64,000 nucleotides of DNA from Eledone cirrhosa (taxonomy: Eukaryota), in assembly GCA_964016885.1 (NCBI GenBank), contig CAXHJY010001087.1, positions 62,001-126,000 of the forward strand. The letters are read 5' to 3'. The notes below the pieces were generated by a model. That model saw only the letters and a list, made by a program, of their open reading frames with translations. It was not told the origin of the DNA and made no database searches. Position 1 is the stretch's first letter, and each line of letters starts with the position of its first letter. This document shows positions 40,049 to 51,913 of this stretch, piece by piece. The position numbers and the translations under genes are program-made.

Positions 40049-41767
40049 CACCAAATCTCAACTCACCACTCTCTCCAACCTAAAATCGAAGAACCTCATC
40101 TATCTCCCCTCCGACAAGGGAAAAGAATTCTGCGTCATCAGCAGAGAGGCCTACAACACCCTGGCCCTCCAACACCTTGACGATGACAACCTCTACTCCA
40201 AGGTCACGGGAATCACTCCCGCGCAGATAGAAGAACACATCAACTCCGCCTGGACCAACATCTGCGACCGGCGGAAGCTCCCGAAGAAGCTGAGATACAA
40301 CCTCCTCACGAGGAACAGCAGACTACCCGCCTTCTACCATCTCGTGAAAACACACAAACAGGGACCCGACCTGAAAATCAGGCCCATCGTATCGAGCGTG
40401 GAGGGACCACTCTACAAAATTTCATGGCTCCTAGCCAGAATACTCAAACCCATCTTAGACACCTTGCCGGGACACGTTAACAGCTCCGAGGAGGTGTTGA
40501 AGCGCCTGCATCAAATGGATCCCGACACCAGAAGGAATAACAGATATGCCTTCAGCCTTGATGTAGTCGCTCTCTACACCTCGGTCCCGGCACTCCCGGC
40601 CGTCAATATACTAATGGAACGCGTCCAATCCACCGACCTACACTGCTTCGGGCTTACCACCACTGACATCCACCAACTCCTATCCATCGTCGTCGACAAC
40701 ACCTACTTCGGTTTCCTTGACCAAATATACCAAAAAACCTCGGGATTGCCCATGGGATCAAGCCTATCAGGTGTGCTAGCGATCTCCTAATGGACAACCT
40801 CGAACGCAAGGCACTCAACGCCTGCCACCCCAACGCCGTAGCCTTTTTCTCAAGATACGTGGACAATATCCTCATCCTCACATCTTCCCAAGACACGGCG
40901 AACAGAATCTATGAGACGTTCAACAACACGGACGAGAACATTGACTTCAGTGTTGAACACCCCAACGAAGACGGGTCACTTGCCCTCCTCGACTTCCGAA
41001 TCAACATCACGGAACAAGGAGGGATCCACTGCAACTTCTATAGAAACGCAGCCTGCAGGGACCTATTCGTTCACTACAAGTCCGCCCTCCCTAACGGTGC
41101 CAAAAGAGGATACATCACGAACGAGATCGCGCGAATCAAAAACAGATGCAGCGATCCCGCGAGTGGTATCACTCATACCAAGCGATTCCTCGAGGTGCTG
41201 GAGACGAACGGGTACCCTACCTCGATCACAGACAGAATAGGAGACACCAGACGCAAGAGACAGAGAAGCACCCAAGGCAAGTGCTTCCTTAAAATGCCAC
41301 ACCTGGGCGAGAAAACCACCAACGCTATCCGCAAGGCTATACGGAGGGAGGGCCTCGACATCCACCTGGCCCACTCGGGCCCCTCTCTGCGAAGATGCCT
41401 CTCCAGGAAACCCGAAAAATCTACTGACGCATGCTCCCTCAGAGACTGCCCGATACGCCATGCTAACTGTTGCCTACGCACATACGTCGTGTATAAGATA
41501 GAATGTGACAGGTGCAACCAATACTACATAGGTAGCACAATTCGACCTTTGCACATCCGGATCAAGGAACACACTAAAACCAGGGCCTCGTCTTTCCGGA
41601 AACACATAGACAAATGCGGAAACAAAGACGGAACGCCCATTGTCACAATTCTAGCGACTGAAAGAAACGTCGGCACGTTACGTATCAAGGAAGCGCTTTT
41701 TATCAAACGACTGCAACCGCAAATAAACAACCGATCAGAGAGAAGCGAAATGAAATGGCTGGTTTAA
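40049..41767 (+). pseudogene. Second Penelope ORF copy, disabled
   Basis: 1-bp deletion near 40790 (CCTAATGG versus CCTACATGG) and YVDD changed to YVDN. Confidence 0.9.
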
Positions 41768-42157
41768 GTTAACAAGCGATGCAACAACACACAACACACG
41801 CAAACGAGTAAACTACACACACACACGCACACACACAGTAGCATTCCACCATACGAACATACTACATTGCCAATACAGATAAACAAGGCAACAACACACA
41901 CACACAACACACACACTCAAGCGAGACAACAACACACGCTCACACACACACAGTAACATTTAACAAACAGGCAGAGAATGGACTGACAGCTAGCGCCATC
42001 CCACTCCCTCATTCGGCCGCTGACCTCTGTACGACCGACCGCATTTCTCGCGCACGCGCGTTCTGCCGAATACCTCAGATATTCAAAACATCAAACAGCG
42101 AAAGACGCGTTCCGGACTTGTCCGACAGACAACCTTTTCCCCCACCCCGGAAAAAAC

Positions 42158-42193
42158 CCCCTGTTGATGGATGTGAATCCGAAATATATAGGG
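42158..42193 (+). ncRNA. Variant-core hammerhead-like motif in the Penelope 3' region (family C; mirror copy 37960-37994 on minus)
   Basis: CCC-CTGTTGA-T-GGAT gtga ATCC-GAAA-TATA-TA-GGG, then ATTAAA; core is CUGUUGA instead of CUGAUGA. Confidence 0.55.
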
Positions 42194-42472
42194 ACTATTA
42201 AATCTCTCCCAAGGTAACTCTCTCTTGTGTTGTTATTTTTATTTTTATCCTTTATACTCTTCCCTTCATTCTACACATCTCACACATCTTATACACACCA
42301 CGCATCTCAACGTACACCCACTTACATCTCTCTCTCCACCACCGGACTTTGTTACCCGGAGATTTACCCATTTGGATTGTCGAGGCTTCCAAACGACTTA
42401 AAGATATTTACTTATTGTTCCACAATGCTTCAAGCAAACTTCAATACTCTCTTATATATGTATATATATATG

Positions 42473-42605
<133 letters not shown>

Positions 42606-42723
42606 ATATATATGTATATATATGTATGTATGTATATGTATATATATGTATGTATGTATATATATATATATGTATGTATATATATATATATGTATATATA
42701 TATATGTATGTATATATATAGGT

Positions 42724-42754
<31 letters not shown>

Positions 42755-42885
42755 TATATACATATATACATATGTATATATGTATATATGTATATGTATA
42801 TACATAAGTATATATATGTGTATATATATATGTATATATAGTGATGAAACATAAGTCAATTGCATGAACTCATAATCCTTTATTT

Positions 42886-42941
42886 ACTGCTATATATATT
42901 TCGATGATAGCCATTGAATGGCTATGACCTCATCAGGCAGT
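42886..42941 (-). ncRNA. Type I hammerhead ribozyme (family D, left arm)
   Basis: Reverse complement of 43607-43662. Confidence 0.85.
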
Positions 42942-43194
42942 TAGTCAGTTCTTAGATATGCCAGCTCTGTGTTTATAGTGTTGATGGTATCAGAGCCTTG
43001 GGATATTGGTGTTGGAGGCTTAAAGCGTCCGTATGCGGTAGGCCGTCTGAGCACTCGATGCCCATATATATATATATGTCCAATAAATTCCTTTCGTCGT
43101 AACACTGATTCTCTTTTTTCTGTGATATGTATATGTATATATATACATGTATATATCTATGTGTATATATTTATATATGTATATATATATATAT

Positions 43195-43249
<55 letters not shown>

Positions 43250-43606
43250 CTTTTAAATTCCATCTGTGATAACATTTTACACGTTTTTATTGTATGTAAA
43301 CTTCCCCCTTTGTATTTGTCCCCTTCTTTTGTGCCCCTGTGGCTAATAAAGAAATATATCTATCTATCTATCTATACATATATACACATACAGATATATA
43401 CATATATATATATACATATACATATCACAGAAAAAAGAGAATCAGTGTTACGACGAAAGGAATTTATTGGACATATATATATATATGGGCATCGAGTGCT
43501 CAGACGGCCTACCGCATGGACGTTTTAAGCATCCAACACCAATGTCCCAAGGCTCTGATACCATCAACACTATAAACACAGAGCTGGCATATCTAAGAAC
43601 TGACTA

Positions 43607-43662
43607 ACTGCCTGATGAGGTCATAGCCATTCAATGGCTATCATCGAAATATATATAGCAGT
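43607..43662 (+). ncRNA. Type I hammerhead ribozyme (family D)
   Basis: ACTGC-CTGATGA-GGTC ATAGCCAT tca ATGGCTAT CATC-GAAA-TATATA-TA-GCAGT, followed by AATAAA. Confidence 0.85.
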
Positions 43663-43769
43663 AAATAAAGGATTATGAGTTCATGCAATTGACTTATGTT
43701 TCATCACTATATATACATATATATATACATATATATACTTATGTATATACATATACATATATACATATG

Positions 43770-43801
<32 letters not shown>

Positions 43802-43826
43802 CATATATATATATACATATACATAT

Positions 43827-43889
<63 letters not shown>

Positions 43890-43979
43890 GTAGGAGGTGA
43901 GTTTTATTGTAGTACAATAAAGCAATGCAGATATCGGATAAGTAGCACTCTACAGTTTGTAGGACTGGAGTATAAATAA

Positions 43980-45631
43980 TATATAAGATCAAAAGATGGT
44001 TAAAAGAGTTCCATGTATTTTATTATGCGCATTTCAAAAACAAATATCATCTTTTAAATACCAACTTAAAAGAACCAACACGGCACTCTCAGAACTCATA
44101 TGGTCCTTGAAAGACAAAAATATTAACTATAACATCTCTTGGAGGAAGGTTTGTTCTGCCTCTCCATACTTGAATACCTCTCTATCCAAAATATGTAATC
44201 TCTGTTTATGTGAAAAATTTACCATTATATCTAATTTAGATTCTATAATAAATAGACGCACTGACTTGTTTTCTCTCTGCTTGCATAAATTCCACAGAAT
44301 ATTCCATAAAGTATACAGCTAATATCTAATACTTTACCAATTTAAAATCCTTTTTCTCAAAGGCACATATATATATATATATTTCTTTAAAAATATACCC
44401 ATCTTTCTACCTTATTTCAATGTTATTTATTATACATTATATAATACTAGTTCCCCATTCTATATCATTCCTATTTATCACTTCCCTTTCTTCCTTTTTT
44501 CTTTTAATTTCTAACCTCTAATCTGTACCTTTTCTTCCCAGATACTTCTAAATTCTTATTATTACTCACCACAATATATCCACTCTTTCTTCTTCCATTC
44601 TATCACTGGCCATAAAACTTACTATTACCCTTTTAAATACTTTATAGTATCACCTTGAAAAATCCTTCGCAAACATAAACATTTTTTTTTTGACGTTAGA
44701 TTATTCATCCTCAATTCATTATTTTTTCTCCCTTTCATGCTCGTCTAACTTCTACATATTACACATCACAACACATAAAAACCCTAACTAATCTCCTTTA
44801 TTACATTATATTATTACTATTAGGAAATACTTCATAAACATACATATTTTGATGTTAAGGTCTTCTCCTTAAACACTATCTCCTTCTTTGCTTTCTGCGC
44901 TCATTTGTAAACAAACTATTTATATATTACACATACATATTACTTTACGTAAAAACATACTTAAACACTAACTAATTCCTCTAAATTCATAATTCATCCA
45001 CTCTTCTACTTCTTTTCACAATATATCTTTAATTACATTACTATTTTTATTTTTAATAATACATATCAACAATTTATTTCCATCGCACATATTATTAAAC
45101 CCTTCAATATTCAAACCTTAACTTAATATTATTCTTAATACATATTAACAATTTCTTTTCATCGCACATATTATAAACCCTTCAATATACAAACCTTAAT
45201 TTAACATTATTCTTAAATTTTTCTCTTCGTTAATTTTCAAATTCTTTTAATATATTATCTTCCAACGGTTTTTTAACCTCTCTCTGTAAAACAATATATT
45301 TTTCTCAGTTATAAAAGCTATCTCTCTCTTTCTATCACCCATCTCTCCTCCTATCTCATCCTTCCTTATTATACTCCTCCCCCTCCATCCTTTACTCTCA
45401 TCTCCTCCTCTTTTTCATCCCCCCCTCACCCCCCCCCCCCCATATCACACATCAATCTAAAACTACTTTTCATATGTTGATTTAAAACTGCACTATTCAC
45501 AAGTGTTTTTTAACCTTCATATCATGTCTCCCTATTTTATCTGACGAAAACGCAAATGTCATCGCATGATGATATTTGTTTTTGAAATGCGCATAATAAA
45601 ATACATGGAACGCTTTTAACCATCTTTTGAT

Positions 45632-45640
<9 letters not shown>
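43980..45640 (+). mobile_element. 5'-truncated Penelope-like element: GIY-YIG C-terminus, long 3' UTR, HHR, and inverted 3' tip at the 5' end
   Basis: TALSELIWSLKDK...W...Y...KICNLCLCEK...INRR...CLHK; 43980-44051 is the reverse complement of ~45568-45638. Confidence 0.8.
45533..45603 (+). ncRNA. Type I hammerhead ribozyme (family E)
   Basis: TATTTTAT-CTGACGA-AAAC GCAAATGTCATC gcat GATGATATTTGT TTTT-GAAA-TGCGCA-TA-ATAAAATA; 8-bp stem I and palindromic stem III. Confidence 0.87.
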
Positions 45641-45674
<34 letters not shown>

Positions 45675-45675
45675 A

Positions 45676-46442
45676 CTAGCTAAACTACCCGTACTTTGGA
45701 CGGTTCAAGTAGCTTTCGATGTAGCTCCTTAAACTAAACAAAGTAAATTTGAATACATAGTAGAAAAACGTACTTTATGTAAACATGAAAACCTTAGGCA
45801 CTATTCCAGCGAAATAATTAATATGTGAGCTCGGTGTCATCCGTTATACCATGTAACAACAGAAATCCAGTCTAGGTATACATTTTTTTGACAACAGTAA
45901 AAGCGCATCATGAAATAGAGAAGTGAAGTGAATAATAGACACTATTATGTACAAAGCATAATATTGTAAAAGTTATGACATCACTTAATGTATGACCATC
46001 AAGCTTTAAACGATAAATTATACAATGTCAAATCTATAATTTAACTTAGTAATCTGTTAGAAATTGGTGGTTGTGAAATATACAAAATGATATTGTTAGT
46101 CTCAAGGAAGCGTACCTTTTGTTTCAAGTACAAAGAGTAAATTAAAATCCGAATGAGCCGAATTACGAAAGATAACTCTTGTCTTATTTAAAGATAACTC
46201 TTGTCTTACTTAATCACGAAAATTCACACAAATAACCAAAATCTGTTAATGTCTCCAAAGGCCCCAGTATCAATTTTTGAAAGCCTTTGTAGATCATGTA
46301 CAGGTTTTGTGCAAGGAGAAGCTCTGTAAAAAAATATCAAAGAAATCGCATGAATGGTTTAGAATATAGGAGCCCTCATTAAAAATTGTCCACATGCACA
46401 TACACAGACATACAGAAAACTTCGTCTTTATATATATACAGA
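45676..46442 (-). mobile_element. Non-autonomous Helitron
   Basis: Minus strand starts A|TCTGTATATATA and ends with hairpin CCGT ccaaagt ACGG then CTAG|T; inserted in an AT dinucleotide with no TSD. Confidence 0.65.
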
Positions 46443-46531
<89 letters not shown>

Positions 46532-46949
46532 TTAACTGATTAACTAATTAACTGATTAACTAAACATCTAATCATATTTAAACAATGGTTAATTTCTCAT
46601 TTTATATATATATATATTCCATTCATGATTATTAACATTTCTAATTTTATTTATTCATTTCATCTCAAATGTTAAGTTAACTCAACAAGATATGACTTAG
46701 AGTTTTTCGTTCTCTCTCCTTTTCTCTGTCTCCTCTCTCTCTCTATCTTTCTCTCTCTGTTGTTCTGTTCCCTCTCTCTCTTTCCTTCTCTATCTTTCTC
46801 TTTCTCCGTAACCGAACGGCTTATTTTAAAAATATCCAATACTAATAATATAATTAAAGCTACAACTCCACTATCCGGGAGCTTCCAACAGTAATGGTTG
46901 CATTCTTTAAGGGTATGTCAATATTTATTTATAAAACTGATCTATATTA

Positions 46950-47005
46950 TATTTTATCTGATGAAAGCACACCATAATTTAACTTGAAATATGTATAATG
47001 AAATA
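46950..47005 (+). ncRNA. Type I hammerhead ribozyme (family F) at the end of a pyrimidine-rich PLE-like 3' UTR (about 46530-47045)
   Basis: TATTTTAT-CTGATGA-AAG...CTT-GAAA-TATGTA-TA-ATGAAATA, overlapping AATAAA. Confidence 0.72.
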
Positions 47006-47073
47006 AATATGTTTTTATAAATATAGTTTCCATTTGCTAATATCGTATGTATATATATGTATATATATATATG

Positions 47074-47154
<81 letters not shown>

Positions 47155-47171
47155 ATATATATAAATATATG

Positions 47172-47203
<32 letters not shown>

Positions 47204-47206
47204 GAC

Positions 47207-47255
<49 letters not shown>

Positions 47256-47272
47256 TATATATATGTATACAC

Positions 47273-47303
<31 letters not shown>

Positions 47304-47457
47304 CGTATTTAAGAAAGCCACAACAATGCAAAGGGAAATCTCGAGGTAGGAAGTGAAATATAGATAGGAAAAACAGGTGAAAGTGAAAGTTGAGAGAGAC
47401 AAAGATGAAAACAAAACAAAGGTAGAAGGGTTACCGTAGTAGAGATTTTAACACCCT

Positions 47458-47537
<80 letters not shown>

Positions 47538-48017
47538 TATACATATATATATACATATATATATATAATGTGTTTGTGTTTATTTTTTAGATATGTGTGT
47601 TTATATATATATATGTATATAATACAGAGTACCCGAGCTCCCATGGGTACAAGCTGAAGCATATAGACAATATGCCTCCACACCCTCCCACTGCAAAGTG
47701 GTCGTGAAGGTGCCACGGCAAAAAAGCACCCACCACTCACTGTAAATGAGGTTGGTGTTAGGAAGGGCATCCAGCTGTAGAAATCAAGCCAAAATCAGTT
47801 CCTGTATGAGCAAGGCATGGTCAGCAGACCAGACACTGCCCACAACAGCATGGAAGAACGGACATAAAACGGTGATGATGATGATGATGATGATGATATA
47901 TGTATACATATATATATAAATGAAGTAATTCCGTCGGAAAAGTCCAGATAAAAAGAGTGCTCTATGTAGGTAACAGAGCTTAATAGTTATGTAATAAACA
48001 ACATAAGGCAATTATTC

Positions 48018-48071
48018 CATTTACCAGTGGTTTCTTAAAAGCAAAACATTTTGCTTTCAATCCTCAGAATG
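48018..48071 (-). ncRNA. Type I hammerhead ribozyme (family G, left arm)
   Basis: Reverse complement of 48193-48246, with loop differences in stem II. Confidence 0.8.
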
Positions 48072-48192
48072 AAAAATCCTGGTCTGTTTATTGAATTTGG
48101 ATTTTAAAAACAAAAATCTTTGTTTTTAAAATTTTTGTTTTTAAAATTTTTGTTTTTAAAATCCAAATTCAATAAACAGACTAGGATTTTTT

Positions 48193-48246
48193 CATTCTGA
48201 GGATTGAAAGCAAAATTTTTTGCTTTTAAGAAACCACTGGTAAATG
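48193..48246 (+). ncRNA. Type I hammerhead ribozyme (family G)
   Basis: CATT-CTGAGGA-TTGAAAGCAAA attt TTTGCTTTTAA-GAAA-CCACTGG-TA-AATG; GUA site. Confidence 0.8.
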
Positions 48247-48276
48247 GAATAATTGCCTTATGTTGTTTATTACATA

Positions 48277-48331
<55 letters not shown>

Positions 48332-48354
48332 GTGTGAGTTTGGCTTCCCATATA

Positions 48355-48842
48355 CATCATCATCATCATCATCATCATCATCATTTTACGTTCGCTTTTC
48401 CCTGCTTGCAAGGGTGGGACGGGTCTTATTCAGCACAGCATCTCTCCACTCGTCACGGTCCCTCGTCATCTACACCGTGAGCTTCAATGATCTGAGGTCT
48501 GTTCTCACCACCTCCGCCCATCTTTTTCGTGGTCTACCTCTACCACGTCTTCCTTCAACTGGCAATTCCTGGCACTTCTTCACCCATCGGTCATCCTCCA
48601 TGCGCATCACATGTCCATACCACCTTAGTCTCCTCTCCCGTACACTACATTCTATCCCTCTCAGACACAGTTTCTCTCTCAACACATTTATGCTGGGTCG
48701 TTCACGCACATTTACACTGCACATCCAACGGAGCATGCTTGCCTCATTTCTCTCCAGCCGTCGCATATCCTCTACAGTTGCTGCCCATGTCTCACTACCA
48801 TGCAGCATCGCGCTCCTCACACAGGCATCATACAACCGGCCT
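48355..48842 (-). mobile_element. RTE LINE 3' fragment (second subfamily; related copy at 56155-56855)
   Basis: [16 protein letters not shown]...[11 protein letters not shown]...GRPRKRW; 3' end CCCACCCTTGCAAGCAGGGAAAAG plus (TGA)n. Confidence 0.85.
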
Positions 48843-48894
48843 TATATGTATGTATATATATATACATATATATATATATATGTATATATATATG

Positions 48895-48929
<35 letters not shown>

Positions 48930-48952
48930 GTATATATGTATATATATGTATG

Positions 48953-48986
<34 letters not shown>

Positions 48987-48988
<2 letters not shown>

Positions 48989-49383
48989 AAGCACGTGGGT
49001 TAGTGGTTAGAGCATTGGCCTTACAATCGAAAGGTTGTGAGTTCAATTCTCAAACCGGGTGATGTGTTGTGTCCTTGAGCAAGACACTTTATTTCACATT
49101 GCTCCAGTTTACTCAGCTGTAGAAATGAGATGATAGGACTAGGGTCCCTATCATTCCACTGCAAAATGGTCGTGGAGGTGCCACGGCAAAAAAGCACCCA
49201 GCCCACACTGTAAAGTGGACGTGTAGGCACCACAGCAAAAAAGCACCCAGCACTCACTGTAAATGAGGTTGGTGTTAGGAAGGGCATCCGGCTGTAGAAA
49301 TCAAGCCAGAATCAGTTCTTGTCCCACCCTTGCAAGCAGGGAAAAAGCGGATGTCAAATGAAATGATGATGATGAATGATGAT
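48987..49383 (+). mobile_element. tRNA-derived SINE, full length
   Basis: A/B boxes (GGGTTAGTGG, GAGTTCAATTC), same body and tail as the 31369 copy. Confidence 0.85.
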
Positions 49384-49507
49384 ATGTATATACATATATA
49401 TATATATGTATATACATATATATATATATAAACATATATATATATATATATATGTATATACATATATATATATGTATATACATATATATATATACACTAT
49501 TATATAC

Positions 49508-49564
<57 letters not shown>

Positions 49565-49630
49565 CACAAAGGAAATGTGGTAAGGAACCAGATGGACCAT
49601 AACGCACCAGAGTACTCAATACTTAGGGTA

Positions 49631-49734
49631 ATAGGAAAAAGTATGAGCCCGACGGCAGAGCTCAAGCCGTTTTGACGGCTATTTCTGAACTAAAACAGCT
49701 TGAGCTCTGCCGTCGGGGTTATACTTTTTCCTAT
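49631..49734. repeat. ~104-bp hairpin element (second copy at 51815-51918)
   Basis: ATAGGAAAAAGTATGA...GAGCTCAAGC / GCTTGAGCTC...ATACTTTTTCCTAT. Confidence 0.8.
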
Positions 49735-49783
49735 ATATATATACATGTATATATATATGTGTATATATATAAATATATACAAG

Positions 49784-49818
<35 letters not shown>

Positions 49819-49819
49819 G

Positions 49820-49856
<37 letters not shown>

Positions 49857-49865
49857 GTATATATA

Positions 49866-50108
49866 TCTGAGAGATTTGCATGGTGTGGAGGTGGATGTCT
49901 TCAAGAAACATCTCGACACCTTGCTATCCAAGATCCCGGATGAGCCCACAGCAAGGCACGAGGGAAACCTAAGGGCAGCAGCAACAAACTCCCTCTTACA
50001 CCAGTGGCCAACCAATACAGGCTGGAGATAAAATGTGTAGCAACAAGGGCGGTGCCCCAGCTTGGCTTCAGCCGGATGGCTGGAACTAGTAAAAGAGTAA
50101 AGAGTAAT
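49866..50108 (+). mobile_element. 3' end of a CR1/L2-group LINE
   Basis: [27 protein letters not shown]...RAAATNSLLHQ; 3' GGCGGTGCCCCAGC motif (also at about 7670) and (AGAGTAA)n tail. Confidence 0.65.
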
Positions 50109-50574
50109 ATACATATATATAAATGAAAAAAATGAAATTTAATTTCTCACTCTTAGTACGGCTGATACTTAAATATAAGTATGTATACGTACATACATAT
50201 ATTTATACAGACGTACAGTAGTATGTATATATATATGAGTTTACCGAACATTTATTATAATGTTCGGTTTGTTTGTAAACAAACAGCCCAAATTAAGCCG
50301 TATATTGTTCGGCAACCATCGTTGCCTTTTTGTCCAACACTGACAAAGGAACGATGAACTAGTTTCTAGCTTATTATATGTATATATATAATATATCATC
50401 ATTTTACGTCCGCTTTTTCCCTGCTTGCAAGGGTGGGACGGGAACTGATTCTGGCTTGATTTCTACAGCTGGATGCCCTTCCTAACACCAACCTCATTTA
50501 CAGTGAGTACTGGGTGCTTTTTTGCCGTGGCACCTCCACGACCACTTTGCAGTGGAATGATATGGACCCCTGTC

Positions 50575-51640
50575 CCTCCTCCTCCTCCTCATCATCATCG
50601 TTTAACATCTATCTTCCACGCTTGCATGGGTTTGGACGGGAGTTTTCCCACTTGATGCAAGAGTGGTTGTCTTGCTCGCATAGGACTGTCTGGCAGGTTT
50701 TCTACAGCTGGATGCCCTTCCTAACACCAACCACATTTACAGTGTCGAACTGGGAGGTTTTTACCGTGTTACCTACACGGCCACATTACAGCGTGGACTG
50801 TGTGTTTTTTTGTCGTGACACCTACACGATCTCATTTGTTTTGGCCTGGATGTTGGTACCAACATAACTTTACATTGAAAGGGGCGGTGTGGATGGGGTG
50901 GGGGAGGTGGACGGGGGTGTATTTTGTTAGAGGTGCCTACTGACTGTAGTAGGTTTTACTTTGTATTTAGGTAAGACAGGTCTTCTCTATTACTGTGTAG
51001 CGCCAAAGATCTCGGTCCAGTGACATTGTCTTGGAGAGGTGTAAGTGTGTGAGGTCGGAATTTATCAAGTCGTCCCAGGTTTTTCTGGGTCTGCCTACTC
51101 CGTGGCTACCGTCTATTTTTATTGCCCTGCACTTTTTTATACAGCTGTCGTCTTTCATGCGCATCACGTGACCATACCAACGTAGCCTTTTCTCGAGTAA
51201 ACAACATCTGATCCCTCTTATTTCTAATTTTTCCCTTAGTTCGTTTATGCTTTGCCGTTCACGTATATTACTATTACACATCCAGCGGAGCATGCAAGCT
51301 TCGTTCCTCTCTAGTCTGCGTATATCCTCTGCACACAATGCCCAGGATTCACTGCCATGCAACATTGCTGTTCGTATGCAGGCATCATACAGCCTGCCTT
51401 TCATTTTTAGGGAGAACCCTTTAGCGGCTAATAGTGGTATAAGCTCTCTGAACTTTTTCCATCCAGTTCTGACTCTAGCTACTGTACTTTCAGAGCACCC
51501 TCCTCCACTGCTGATTTTGTCACCCAGGTAACGGAAGCTGTCCATTATTTCTATATAACCATCTGTGCAATTGAAAGAGCTAGTATTTTGTGGGCACTTG
51601 CTGCTACTTATTGCACCAGAACACCGGCCACATATAAAAT
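50575..51640 (-). mobile_element. RTE LINE 3' part (same family as 35833-37577), inserted inside a SINE
   Basis: ORF 50967-51545 is nearly identical to the 36.2-36.9 kb copy; SINE halves lie at 50395-50570 and 51641-51791. Confidence 0.88.
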
Positions 51641-51913
51641 CCTAACATCTCATTTCTACAGCTGAGTAAACTGGAGCAATGTGAAATAAAGTGTCTTGCT
51701 CAAGGAAACAACACATCACCTGGTCTGAGAATTGAACTCACAACCTTTCGATTGCAAGGCTAATGCTCTAACCACTAAGCCATGTGCCTCCATTATACAT
51801 GTATATATATATATATAGGAAAAAGTATGACCCCAACGGCAGAGCTCAAGCCGTTTCGACGGTTATTTCTGGATTGAAATGGCTTGAGCTCTGGCGTCGG
51901 AGTCATACTTTTT

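Larger units (their letters stand above)
37752..42453. mobile_element. Palindromic Penelope-like retroelement (two 5'-truncated ~2.3-kb copies, head to head)
   Basis: 37752-40048 is the reverse complement of 40090-42410; 41-nt spacer; RT and GIY-YIG domains in both arms; flanked by (TA)n. Confidence 0.95.
42841..43707. mobile_element. Fold-back non-coding PLE-derived element (about 285-bp arms)
   Basis: 42841-43127 is the reverse complement of 43423-43707; spacer contains (TATC)n; flanked by (TA)n. Confidence 0.85.
47984..48280. mobile_element. Fold-back PLE-derived element (about 135-bp arms)
   Basis: Arms symmetric about 48132; the centre has about 3 copies of a 15-bp TTTGTTTTTAAAATT repeat. 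Confidence 0.85.

Noticed and set aside
39900-40089. Novel N-terminus on the Penelope ORFs (MFFYLRG..., MRFGEN...)
   Set aside because: These come from reading across the inversion junction into the antisense arm.
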